Assembly (NCBI GenBank): GCA_009103225.1
Contig: RHPI01002069.1
Span: 2,628,846 to 2,692,845, forward strand
Reading direction: 5' to 3'
DNA from: Chlorokybus atmophyticus
Lineage: Eukaryota; Plantae; Mesostigma and Chlorokybus algae
DNA length: 64,000 nucleotides
A model generated the notes under the pieces. That model saw nothing but the letters and a program-made list of their open reading frames with translations, was not told where the DNA came from and did not search any database. The stretch's first letter is position 1. Each line of letters starts with the position of its first letter. A program made the position numbers and the translations under genes. Shown here piece by piece: positions 51,746 to 64,000 of this stretch.

Positions 51746-53315
51746 GGGTTGCGCACGTTTTTTGAGGTACGTGCAGAGGGACTTATGTATGAGTTGGCTT
51801 GATTGATGCTGTTTCTTGCTGCCAAGGACCGCAGGATTATCTGGACCTCATCGTTTACCTGCAAAGAACAATGTTACTATGAATGCTGCAGTATACATCC
51901 GAGATTGATGTTGAACAATGTTGACATACATGCGTAGCAGACGTAGAAGCAAGGAAACATTTAACGGGCAAAGGATAAGAAGCAAGGGAGACAATGAAAA
52001 AACAGAAGTGTAACAAAAGATGGAGTGACTGCATGGGTTCTGGCTTGATGTGTCCATTGTCGTTGGAACTCTGCGACGCAACCACAGCATACTTATGTCA
52101 TCGCGACTAATCTTGGCGAGCACAGTAATCCCATCATCGACTTGGATAACAACACACGTCATTAGCAGCAACATTTGCTACTGGAGCTTCCCTTGGGTCT
52201 ATTTTGTTGATCTGCTCAATAGTTGTTTCCGCCTTTCCTTGCGACATGAAACGCGCAATCTCCCGAATGTAAACTTTGCAAACGTGCACCAGCATGAACA
52301 TCTGTCAAACATCTGTTAACTATAGGTGCTTTGGCCAATGATCAAGTGTCACATTAATACATACCCGATTAGCGTAAATTAGCTCTGCATTATCAAGAAG
52401 ATCTGGGTTGTTCTTGCGCATCAGAGTGTCTTACAGCTTGTAAGCTACTTGGCGCTTCAGGTTATCAGAAATATGTATGCCAAGCTTTCTGAGGTAGTAG
52501 ATGCATGTTTCTGCATATACATGCATCAGTTACAACATGCACTACAGTGTGTAAGTGTACATTGACCGCCTCTCACCGGTTGCAATGGAGTCCTCGTGGT
52601 TAATGCGAAATCCTTGAGCTCTGTCTTTGGCAGGGCAAATTAAATTATCGGCCTCTGGCTTAGCGAATAGTCCCTCTAGCTTGTCGGGAGTGATACCTGC
52701 TGAGTCACATGCTACCAATTGTTTTGCTGTCAACGGACGACCAGGCGCATCACCTCCAGAGCTACTGTTACGTGGACGCTTAGAGCCAGGTTCGTCATTG
52801 GAAATTTGAGCGTGGAGCCTCTCGAACAAGTCTTTCCCGTCAAAGTCCATGCTGTCAACCAGGTGCATTGTCAACGCTAGCCAACATGTTGACTCACAGA
52901 GTTCGAGTTTAAAGAGGCAAACTAAGCTACATTGTTACCTGTGTCTGGCTCAGGTGATAGTTTTCGACGATGGGCAGGTGTTCGAGGCAGGTGATGCGAC
53001 AGGCTTGTATGCACAGTGCCCTGTGACTTGACGTTTTATCTGGTGTACATTTATAGCAGCGTTAGATATACTATCAATGTATATCTGCGTGGCAAGGAAA
53101 AGGTTTGCATCGGTAGAGCACCACGTGCTAAGCCATGCCGTGACGCGATTGGTGAGAAGCAATGATGGGATGGATGAGTTGGTTGCATACAAAGCATGGT
53201 TGGATGACGGGCGATATGGCAATCAACTGAATGTACCATGTCATCAAACCGTACAATGTGTACAGTGTGGTCATAAGATGCAGTTCATGTTACGCGACAT
53301 GGTCCACTACCGTTG

Positions 53316-53560
53316 AACATGGAACCGTATAATGCAATGTTGTGCACCATCGTGCATACATGCTCATACATCATGCGATGTGCGTTGATATAAAATAACG
53401 TTGCGCAACGTTGTACCATATTGCCAAAATTAATATCGTCCAACATGGAACCATATAATGCAATGTTGTGCAACATCGATCACACATGCTTAAACATCAT
53501 GCGATATTCGTTGATATCAAACAACGTTGCGCAACATCAAACCATATCGCTAAAATGATG
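53316..53560 (+). repeat. Direct tandem duplication, unit 126 bp
   Basis: AACATGGAACC.TATAATGCAATGTTGTGCA at 53316 and 53442. Confidence 0.85.
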
Positions 53561-53612
53561 CACATATGTCACACCACTGCGCAATACCAACTGGACTTAC
53601 CGATAATCAATG

Positions 53613-54760
53613 TCAATCCCCAGAAACGGGCGTTATCTCTTTAGGGCGCGGCAAATGCGTCAACTGTAAATAGGCCATGTTTGTCACACGTGACAACGCC
53701 ACATACCACAATCCAAGAGCAAAAGCTTCCTGCATGTGGACAACAGTTGTTGATTGTAGCGTTGCACCTTGACACTTGTGCATTGTCATTGCATACGCTA
53801 GCTGCAAAGGAAACACAGCTTGGTAGTACGTTTTGCCTTAAAACGTTGTTGTTTGCTGTATTGTTCGGCGCATCTACATGGATTCTGCCAAGTGATCAAA
53901 TGTAACTTGTATGCTGCTCACATTACCTTCGTAGTATCTGAACTGCGTCACTGTTCCCAGAGACCCATTGGCTACACCATTTTGCAGTGAAACGTTTTCT
54001 AAAACCAACACCTTTGCTCCCTTGGCAACTGAAGGTAATAAGTTGAACTTGGGCTTGTGAATCCAGTCGTACAGTTTGGGCACGTTCGCCGCATTATAAG
54101 TAATTTATATTGGCACAATGACATCGATTGCAAAACGTTGTTTCACAATCATGCTGTTAAAAGCCAGTGTGTCTTGTACATGTGAACACAATATGGTTGC
54201 ATCACTTGGTAACCGTTGTAAGTACTCCGAAGTGACCAGACAGCAACCTAACGCAACTGCTATCTTTGTTGAACTGGGTATGCTAGAACGAATCTGAATC
54301 AAAATTGGAGCAAAAAGAGGGTCTGAAGCATGATGCACTGAAACAGAAATAACATGTTGCTTACGTAATGGCCACCTCTGTGATGCAGAAATGCAGCATT
54401 TGTGGCAAACCTGCGATGTGTCTTAGACTTTGCAAAGTCCAAGACACATCGCACAATTGTGTCCACAAATTGCTGACAGTTGCTTGTGATCACCAACCAA
54501 TACAACGCCGATTAATTATAGCAATTCTGGTCCATGAACTTGCTGTAAGCGCAGCATCACCGAGTCAAACAACCGCGATGTCATCATGGAAAACTCGTTA
54601 ATAATAAACACTCGACAATGATGTAACAGTTTGTAAGCATCATCCATAGCAGTTACAAACCGGAGTTGCTGACCGTTGACAGGTATTGCGAAGTTGCAAT
54701 GTATAGTTGAAGCAGATGAGCTCAGCCGCAGAGCCGCAGCGCCAGTTGTAGCAATGTATA
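53613..54760 (-). pseudogene. PIF1-family helicase remnant
   Basis: TTGAAALRL..STIH, FIINEFSM, LVGDHKQL, DPLFAPILIQIR, KGAKVLVLENVSLQNGVANGSLG, FPLQLAYAMTMHKCQGATL, YVALSRV. Walker A not found; an AT microsatellite sits where it is expected. Confidence 0.85.
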
Positions 54761-55256
54761 CATATGTATATATACACATATATATATGTATATATGCAAA
54801 TATACATATGTATATATACACATATGTGTGTGTGTGCGCATGTAGGTGTAGGCTTAAGGCATTTACAAGAAACATTGTCGACATATGGCGGCCGCAAATT
54901 GCAGCCGTGCAATTACTGCATATCTATAATTTTATGTACATACATCGTTGTAAGTATATTAATGCGCGTACACATGTGCATTTAGACCTTTTATATGCAA
55001 AATTGCATACGTTTGAAGTAATGTATAACAACATGAATTTAAAAAGTATTATAATTATATATAATAAAATTGGTGTAAATACTAATATTCAATTTACATC
55101 CATGCGTCGCGCGTGTTTATTACATTATATATAGTTCGTTGATCATCCCATTATCATAATGTTCACAACCATTAATATCATACCATGAGTACATATGTTG
55201 ATGCTGTTCGTATGTTGCATTATTAAGCGTAGTTTATAATATGTTTAATTTGATGA

Positions 55257-55865
55257 TTCGGCTGTTGACCATGTTTGATGGCGCAGTAACTATAGCGTGT
55301 AATCAATTAGCGTTAAAGGGTAGAGTGGATTAATTAGAACGAGTGTGAGTAGTGGCGGCATGTCTTTGGGGTATGGGGCCTGCCCCGACCTCGTACCGCC
55401 AAAAACGCGGCCGTTTTAACCACTAACTGTGCCGCAATTGCACCAAATCCCTAGCAATTTGGGTCGCCGTTGGTAAGCGGTTGCCGCTGAGATATTTTTC
55501 AGCATCTTTTACGCACATTTGCAATGATTGACCATTTTGATGCCTTTTTGAGCAACTGGCTGTTGTCACCGTTGCAATCCCATTTGATCAATCTCATGCG
55601 TGACCAAATGGTGGCCTAACGATGTGATTTTTTGTTTAGTTGAATCTTAACGTTAAGGTAATTCAGGTTAGCATTATGTTAGCATTATAGGTTGATGGTT
55701 GTAACCTCGGCATTACCAACTGAAATTTCGCAGCACGTACCGTGGCGTAAACGTTACATTAAATTAAGTTTTGTAACACTTAACTGCAGGTTACTAGCCA
55801 TATTGCACCATATTGCACCATATTGCAGCATATTTATCAATATTCTTAATGTAACACATTAAAAT
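55257..55865 (+). repeat. Long inverted repeat, left arm (about 610 bp)
   Basis: Reverse complement of 58997-59621 along its whole length, with scattered substitutions. Confidence 0.9.
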
Positions 55866-55944
55866 GATCAATATGCAGCCATAAGCGGCCACGTATGCAG
55901 AACTGTGCTAAATTTTACATTTATTGGCATGCGCTTAGATGATT

Positions 55945-57030
55945 GGATGTGCTTTGGACGGCCATGATCGTGTTAGGCAGATCTAACGGTGTAACGCTTG
56001 TTCTCGCCGCCTAGCCAATGAGAAGCAGGCGGGCCGCACATACTGCCGCGCAGCCCGGCAGTCGCGGGTGCTGTGTGATGGCCCTGGATGCCCCGGGATG
56101 TGATGAAGGTTGAATGCCGACAGGCCGGCCGGTAAAGAATAAAAGGGTATATATTATTGTAAACGCCAAGAGAAAAACCCCGTTGATGGAATGAAAGCTG
56201 AAAGATACACGTGAATTTTATGGTGGAGGTAGACTGTACAGTTAAGGTACATAGTTGTACCTAGTTACATTGAAATATTTATTGTACAGTCTACCCCCTG
56301 TAATAGCATACTGTTTATGTTCAAAGATAGTTTGCTCCTGGCGAGGTTATATTCTTGGCGATAAAGAGCATAATATGGTCTTAAACATTAAGAGCATCTG
56401 TATGCTATAAAGCAGTTTAATACGCCCATCACACCCATTACATCACGCGCATTACGTCACGTGTATTATGCCATCACGCTCATTATGCTGATTACGCGTT
56501 GCACTGTACCCATCACGCCTTGTCCATTACACTCATTACGCCTGATGACAAACCCGTCACGCGCTACTCCCTCAATGTTAACACTTACGTTGCACACTTA
56601 CGTTTGCAAAAATGTTATAATGTTATAAAAAATAATATGCTCTTCGCGGTTAGTCATATTCTCTAAAGCACTAACATTTGCCGTAGCATCGTCGGTGATC
56701 TCAAAACGTATGCTACAAGGGGTTATTCTCTTGGAGTCGAGTTTTTTAGCGGGGGTGGACTGTATAACGCACACATGACGCATATGTGACCGTGCATATT
56801 GTGCTCAAAATGTATGGATTCTTTTATTCATTCGCATATACTTTGTGCAATTGCACGATATGGGGATGTGCTTTGGAATATTGAGATTTGTTTAACACAA
56901 ATCGAATGGCCGATAGCTGATAAACGTCGCATAGCCAATGAGAGGCAGGCGGGCTGCTCGGTATGCGCGGCAGGCATGTAGTTTCGGGTGCCGTGTGTGA
57001 TGGCCCTCAGTGCGCGTGATGTGTCTTTGT
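55945..57030 (+). repeat. Two diverged direct repeats (about 55945-56100 and 56868-57030) containing AGCCAATGAG (CCAAT box)
   Basis: Shared GGATGTGCTTTGGA..TAGCCAATGAGA.GCAGGCGGGC..GTGTGATGGCCCT. Confidence 0.7.
56225..56298. repeat. Small hairpin/MITE-like inverted repeat
   Basis: GG.GGTAGACTGTACA ... TGTACAGTCTACCCC, with an inner GGTAC..GTACC. Confidence 0.6.
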
Positions 57031-57526
57031 GCCCTAATGCCGGCCTCCCCGCCGGCCGGCCGGCCCAATCCCGCCCAATCAGCCGCACCGCTCGTTTATA
57101 TGAAACGAAAGCAATGTCAGATGTTATGACTTATAGCCTTACTTGTATAACCTCATTAATGGCCTATAAAAGCCTTATGCGACCACAGAATCATCGACAG
57201 CCCGATAAGGTACACTGGCTGCATTGACAGTCGCAATTTGGCTACTATCGCTAAGCATTGTCACAATGACAGCCCCTAACAAGTCTACAAATTGTACTGG
57301 CGTATTGACAACCGCCGAGTTCGCGGCTACCGGTATGTAGTTTACCACCGTCCATGTAACTGGTACAGCCTATGAATGCTACAGTTGCATGGGCTCAGCC
57401 TATGGGCCTATCAAAGTGACAATCTCCGACTGTCCATCGGCGATTACTGCCGCCGGCCAACAGTCGCCAAGCGGCGCATGCAATACACTATATGATATAG
57501 GTTGCCATGCGACTCTACCGGCACGT

Positions 57527-57599
57527 GCACTTGTAGCTTAGTGGTTAGGGCGTCATCTTTAATATGCTAAAGGTGCTGGGTTTGAATCCGGCCGATGCG
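57527..57599 (+). pseudogene. tRNA-derived sequence (tRNA pseudogene or SINE head)
   Basis: A box TAGCTTAGTGG, B-box variant GGTTTGAATCC, partly paired acceptor stem GCACTTG/CCGATGC, tRNA length. The anticodon arm is degenerate. Confidence 0.65.
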
Positions 57600-58035
57600 T
57601 GTGTTCTTGACTAATCATTCCACTAACGCCGCGGAGCTGGCCGCGGCCTCGTGCGCCGCAGGTTGGGCGTGGCCGGTGCCGCCGGCAAAGATGTCTCAGC
57701 TTTTACTGCATTGGCAGTGAATTGTGTCAGTGTTTGCACTCATATTTACCTTGTTCCATAATAAAATTCGGTCCATGGTCCGCTGGCCGGACCAGTTATG
57801 AATGAAGTATTGTAATGATATGATTTAGTGCCTGGTCCGATGGCCGGACCATACCTGGTCCTGATGCAACAGTAATCGGCCGGACCTTAAGTGGTCCGTA
57901 CCAAGGAACAATGGTACCATTCACGTGAAATTTCGACCATGAATGGTCCGATTGTCGATGAAAAACAGACCATGCAAGGTCCACCAATTTCAATTAGCAG
58001 GGGGAAATCCCGGTCGGTCTGAGGGTACGGACCAT

Positions 58036-59000
58036 TTATGGTCCACAAACGTCAGGCGGTGTGAAAAGAGGAACACAAGGCTCACGCAGCGACATATGTC
58101 CAATGCGCAACATGGTGTTCACTGTGACTTCAACTGTGCTGCGGGAAGGAAATGGCAACAAAGTGGTTAAAACGTATGTGTATACTGATTCACAAGCAAT
58201 GTTCAAAGAATTACAAATCCTGTGCACGAGACACAATGCTACGAATATTAGATGAACCAACAGTGGGAATGCCGTAAAAACCAAATGGTTGTTCTGTCAA
58301 AATCTAATATTTCTGAACAAAGTGTTGGACAATAATAGCTTGCTCAACAACTCCAGCAACAAGATGGCATGTTGGTTCTGGTGTGTAAAATCATCCCAAG
58401 CGATAAACGGACCGTAAATTATATTCAGCTGCTGAACTTGGCCAGAAGTGAACCTGTATGAGTTTTATAAGTCGTGAAGCACCATGGACGTGTTGACAAG
58501 GGACAACATCCGCACTACCATGGGACATGCCTCCAACAACTTGCGAATGTACACTGCGCTGTGTAACACAATGTAACTAGAACACTCCGACCCGTGACTA
58601 CATCGATGGCATTGGTAGTAATTACTATCACGCTTAGTATAATGGGACATAAAGACATTAGCCAAGTCATATGGTGCAACAGTGGGTGCTGATTGTCGAT
58701 ACATTGGACAAAAGGTAGCAGCGAGAGAGTAAAACTGTACATGCCCGCACAAAGAACAACATTGCATTTGCGTGACAAACTTACGTTGTGCATCTTGCCA
58801 ACAGGAAAGCATATCATCGCAGTTGTCCCACAATTCGCAATGCTGACAAATTGCGGTGTTGCTCGTGAGTCATAGCGGATGACGAAACAATACCAACTGG
58901 AACATATCAACCGCCCTGGTATTCGTCGCCATCAAAAAGAACCATTTTCGCATAGTCCAGCAACTAGGGCGTGCACTAAAGCAAAGTCCACATGCACAAT
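58036..59000 (-). pseudogene. Cys-rich decayed ORF resembling the N-terminal region of Helitron-like proteins
   Basis: CSLCGHV, YQCHRCSHG and LEACPMVVRMLSLVNTSMVLHDL*NSYRFTSGQV are loosely reminiscent of DUF6570. Recognition is weak. Confidence 0.3.
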
Positions 59001-59621
59001 ATCTTTAATGTGTTGCAATATGAAGCACAATATGTTGCGATATGAATACATATGGTGCAATATGGTGCAATGTGGTGCCATATGGTTAGCAACCTGCAGT
59101 TAAGTGTTTCAAAATTTAATATTCAATGTTCACGCCACGCTACGTACTGCGATATTCAGTAAGTAATGCCAAGGTTACAACCATCAACATATAATGCTAA
59201 CATAATGCTAACCTGAATTACCTTAACGTTAAGATTCAACCAAACTAAAAAATCGCATCGTTATGCCACCATTTGTCACGCATGAAATTGATCAAATGGG
59301 ATCGCAATGGTGACAATAGCCGTTGCTGAAAAAGGCAGCAAAATGGCCAATCATTGCAAAGATGCGTAAAAGATGCTAAAAACTATCTCAGCGGCAACCG
59401 CTTACTAACGGCGACCCAAAATTGCTAGGGATTCGGTGCAATTGCAGCACAGTTAGTACTAAAAACGGCTGGTTTTCGGCAGTACGAGGTCGGGGCCAAC
59501 CCCATACCCCAAAGACATGCCGCCACTACTCACCCTCGTTTTAACTGATCCACTCTACCATTTCATGCTAATTGATTACACGCTATAGTCACTGCGTCAT
59601 CAAACATGGTCAACAGCCGAA
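58997..59621 (-). repeat. Long inverted repeat, right arm
   Basis: Reverse complement of 55257-55865. Confidence 0.9.
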
Positions 59622-61040
59622 ATACGGCGGACTCATCAGAACTTGAATAATGGAGGTATGCATCACGAAGTCAAGTAATGATGGCTAGCTGTCATGCAAC
59701 AGTATGAGGATGTATAATAAAATGGCGATAGGAATGGCTCTGCCATCAAATGTTGTGCTGGGGGCCACATGAGTTCGGAACCAATGTGCTTGGCCTTTAA
59801 ACATGTGTAGGATTAACGTGATTATCGTTGTATGTGATAAGCACTACCATATAAAACAACGAGCATGCACGTTTCCACACAAACATGTTTACGGGTGGGT
59901 GTGTCTCCTGCTTGGCAATTGGCAAACACGAGCGCGTGCTCGCGCTCTATATGCGCCTACATCTATGAAGCGCATGCACAAACCTTCTGTACTCAACTTT
60001 TACAAAAGCTTGCACAATTCAACACGCACGCATGCTCACGTAGTAAACTCTTGCAAGACCGGATCAAGTTAATTGCGAGTATCATCTTATATGGCTTCAG
60101 GCTTGCCAGCTGTATGATGCACTCCAATTCTAGCAGCGCTGCCGCCGCTTGCTCTGTATAATTTGCATTTAATTAATTGTTGCAGACGAAGTCAAAATGT
60201 CGCACGTAAGGTGCCTTGTACATTAGCATATGCTGAAAGCGTCGTGCAAAGTCCATCCGCACATACAAATTTGTCATATAATGAAAATATTTATCTATTG
60301 TTATACTATATCAAGGGCATGATATTTGCAAATAATAATAATACTTATTCCTCATGATGGCATTAATATCATGCTTGCTGATAATGATTGAAATGCAATG
60401 AAGAGCAAGAGTGTTCTTTTTGTATTTGAACCGCAAGTAGGATTTTGGTATGGGCCGGAAAAAAATGTATTTTGTTTATGTGTAACCTCGTGTATTACAG
60501 CGGCACACATATTACAACGTGAAGCCAATTGTTGAATAGTCGATAATGTGGATGGTCTTAACATATATGGAGGGGGCTCAATAACAACAATAGCAATAGT
60601 ACTACAATATCAATAGTATTAAATATAACATTAACCTTATAGTCACAACGGGACAAGGCTGAAGTAAAATGAACTCGCAAAAATGAGTGTGTGGGTTGCA
60701 CTACGCCAACTGTGCCACGGACTAGCAGTCGCAAAGCCTGAGCGCTTTCCATAACCTCATTTTGTCGCCGGATGTTTGTGATTTGACATCGCTTGTCAGC
60801 ATCGACAGAAGGTGTGAGTCTACTCAATTGTGGCGACATATCGATGATTGTCGCCGTTCACAAATATCGACTATCGCCCGATGCCAATGTCTATTGACGC
60901 GGTGATGGAAGCGACAATCGATGTTTGTCGCCGTCGTTGGCTGTCTTTCCATTGGTGCAGTTAGGCTGGTTCGAATTTTTTTGTTTTTTTAATTCGACAT
61001 TGTGGACTGGAAGGATTGTGGCGGCTTGGTTGTTGGCGTC

Positions 61041-63941
61041 ATGGCCGCCGCCCGGGCGGCGGAAATGGGCAAGCGAGTGCTTGAAAATGAGGTGAACCTG
61101 TGTAATGGCGGCTCTCAGTTGGACCGCTTGCAGTCGCTTGACATTTGCAGTGGGCAGCCTGCTGGAGGCAGCATTGGTGCGCCCTTGGTAGGTCCTTCAA
61201 GGGCTAGCGTCGTGCCTGATGTGTTGCCAGCTGCACATGGTGTGGGGACCACGGCGTCAACCCCGACACCTGGCGAGAAGGCCCAAAAAAAGCGACGGAC
61301 ACAGCAGGTGGACAGTGCTTGTCGCCAGCGGGGGAAACAGGCTGATGTGATTGAAGGCCTGCGAGCTGCCCTCACAGTGTCTGACGGTGTACCAGATAGG
61401 GAGGTGTGGTTACAGGCTTTGACCTCCGGCCGTACGTGGCGGATCGCACCTGACCGGAGGACTTTGGTCATGCAGCTAGTAAGTGCAAGTTCTGTGTGAA
61501 GCATTCAAGGTTACTTTGCTTTGCCAGTGCGTGTGACTGATAGAACTAACACACTGATTGTGTCTGTAGGGGTCTGCATCCGTCTTTCATGCCTCCTGGT
61601 ACTCGGGTGGAGAGTAGTGCTTACCCAAGCAAAACTCACAAACTGGTGAGTGTACTTGCAGAGTGAAAACCAATGTCTGTTGCGTGTCTATGGTTGTTTG
61701 CCAAAAAGCCTGTGGTGATTGTGCAGGCCGTCAGGCATGGGAATACTGAGAATGTACATCCCGGGTGCAGTCAACTAGTGCTGATGAGACCCCCCCCTGA
61801 AACTCCAACTGAGCGCAATAACCGACATGCTTCTGGGCGCCCATTCTGTGAGGTGAATGTGCAGCCAGCATGCTGTCGCCAAGTGATTCTACACATACTC
61901 CTAGTCAAGGCCACGGGCATGGTGGTGCTTATGGTGGGAGACTAACTCCTTGGAGTGGAGGCAATAACAACCAACCCTTGAAGGAGAGCGGTGAATACAT
62001 TGGTGCAGGTCCGAACGCTCCCTATGTTCGCCCAAATACTTATCCTGTTTAGTGGCAGTCTTGTGTGAGAACAGTGAGTGAATTCCATGCTAGCCATGTG
62101 AACTGAACCTCTTTATTGCCCCTTCAATAATGTGGTGGCTGTGTCATTGTTCGTGACATGCAACTGTTGTTTGTGGCTCTCATGGGCATCTTGCTTGCAG
62201 AACATGATGTGGATGCCACTCCTGTTGCGGTGCCCTTCAGTATTGATGTACCAGACGTAGGCATGTGCAATGTATAGGTGCGTAATGTTGAGTGATTGCC
62301 AAAGAATTGCGTGTAGCCAGCAATAAAGGTTGCTGTGTGTGCTGGCCTGATTGATGCATGCACAACAGGATGTGATGTCGGCATGGGAGGCAGATCGTAT
62401 GAGACTCGTAGATAAGGAGTGCAACCTGACTAGGGAGCTGCAGGCTGCATTGGCAGAGCTGCAAGACAAGTAAGCCCAGCTACTTAACCTGGAGAACTAC
62501 TGTGCTGAGCAGCAAAGAGCTAAGGATGACATAAGGAAGCATCATTTCACGTACAGGTTGTGCAGTTGGAGAGGCCTGTCGAGAAGCGCCAGGCGCAGCT
62601 TCAGGATGCTGACGCGAGGCAGCAAGTCCTGCAATGTGATGTGGACGAGTTGTGTTGTCTCTCGCTAGCATTTAGAGCGCGACCAAAATGTGAGGAGTAG
62701 CCAGCAAGATGTTGATGAGCTGAGGGCGGAGGTGTGTGCGCTCTAGGAACAGATGCGCACGGCCCGTGCGACGACACAACGAGTGGTGGATCAGTTTGAA
62801 GCAGAGACTGTGCAGTGGGCTGAACAAACAGAGATGCATGCAGATGAGCGCAGTGGATGGGAACTGCGGCTCAGAAATTTAAAAGAGCAGTTATGGGAGC
62901 TCGCCAATTCCACTGAAGACTTGCAGTCTCAGATGGAGGTGAGCTTGCGATGCTGATACTCTTGGGATGCTCTGGTGTGGAGTGCTTGCAACATTGCATG
63001 TGTCATATATAATCACTGTGGTGGACAGTAATACACATACGATTGAAGTCCTGCTGAGCTTGTTGTTGTGCGCACAAGCGCGTCGTCGACTGCTGAGCAC
63101 ATTGTGAGACACCGCGCTAGCATATTAACGATGTACCTCGCTGTATCGCTAACCCTAACCCTAATCGCAGCGCCTTCAGACCGACCTTGATGACAGGAGG
63201 GATGTGTATGAGGCCACACGCGTCAGGCTGGCACAAGCAGAGCGCATGGCAAGTAGTTCACAGACTCAAGCTGACAGATTGCGCGCAAAGGTGGAACGTT
63301 TGCAAGAGGTTGTCGACATGTTGTCGAATGGCACTGACCAGGGATTACCTGATTGGCGCCGGCAACTTTAGCGAGTGGACCAGCACATGGAGAAGTTGCG
63401 TGCGGTGGCTGGCGAATGCAGCGCTGAAGCACTACCACATGATGCCATCAAGTATGTGGCTGGACAACTTCTGCAGCACAGCACAGCAGTCAGGCTTGCA
63501 GAAGTTGCGAAGTTGTACAAGTTGCAACATCCTTAGAACTTGCTGCGCACCATTAAGCGGATGCTAGAGGACGCCGTGTTCGTGGTAACTGGCAGCCGCC
63601 GGCACGGAACCCTTTTGTTGCGGTCTTGGGTTGACCCAGCCTCCTGCTTGTTGGGAGTGATGCATGAGACTGAAGAAGCTCCTGTAAGCGACGAGAGTGA
63701 GCTGAGTGACCACACAAGGAAATACCTGAGCCGCTTGATGATGAATGAGTCTGCTCGGCGCTGCATGCAAAACAAGGGCACCTGTGCGGATGTGCGCTTT
63801 GTGGATGAGTCGAAGGAGATGGACAACAGCCATCCTGACTTGCAGCGCCTGTGTAAGCATTGTGCGGTGTCAAGACCAGGCCTGATTTGCAGCCCAAGCC
63901 TTGGGAGCGTGCCAAGATGCTTTGATGCGCTTACTTGCTGA
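61041..63941 (+). pseudogene. Unidentified spliced gene with long coiled coils and a Cys-containing C-terminus (in-frame stops)
   Basis: Exon-like blocks (MAAARAAEMGKR.., QQDVDELRAEVCALEQMRTARATTQ.., TDLDDRRDVYEATRVRLAQ.., LQRLCKHCAVSRPGLIC) with GT-AG junctions and scattered stops. Confidence 0.45.
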
Positions 63942-64000
63942 GGTGTGCTGTGTACACAAGAAATTCCCATGCATACTCGCGCATGCACATCGCTGTGGCT

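Larger units (their letters stand above)
51428..59621 (-). mobile_element. Decayed Helitron-like element (putative N-terminal region, PIF1 helicase, GIY-YIG nuclease)
   Basis: Same-strand order of a Cys-rich ORF (58036-59000), PIF1 motifs (53613-54760) and GIY-YIG (51428-51745). HUH Rep motifs and the 3' hairpin were not found. Confidence 0.45.

Noticed and set aside
58480-58530. Plus-strand peptide GQHPHYHG as an HUH Rep motif
   Set aside because: It lies in a stop-rich frame antisense to the more open minus-strand ORF, and no other Rep motifs are nearby.
63148-63166. Telomere (CTAACCCTAACCCTAA)
   Set aside because: Under three units and inside a probable intron; not a chromosome end.

Overview
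Eukaryotic genomic window, most likely from Viridiplantae (green or early-streptophyte alga). This is inferred from plant-type host genes and short spliceosomal introns rich in CA/GT microsatellites; there is an N gap at 12352-12628. A compact host-gene block at about 8.6-22.1 kb holds F-actin capping protein alpha, a MOSC/mARC-like protein, a 2H-phosphoesterase-like protein, a NUMOD3-motif protein and a FYVE+ankyrin protein. Mobile DNA fills almost everything else. The main element is a Plavaka (CMC-type) DNA transposon present in two inverted copies: an apparently intact copy at 1-6545 (cut by the window start) and a decayed copy from 27152 to at least 34.3 kb, possibly 37.6 kb. It carries a spliced 934-aa transposase, a divergent coiled-coil accessory gene and a convergent phage-type C5 cytosine methyltransferase fused to a Tudor domain, with a Cys-rich N-terminus seen in copy 2. 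The right half also has a gag-only retroelement, an hAT transposase, a pogo remnant, a RING-finger pseudogene, a Helitron-like remnant (PIF1 helicase plus GIY-YIG) with ~610-bp inverted repeats, a tRNA-derived sequence and several unidentified decayed ORFs. All domain calls come from motif recognition by eye; no database searches were run.
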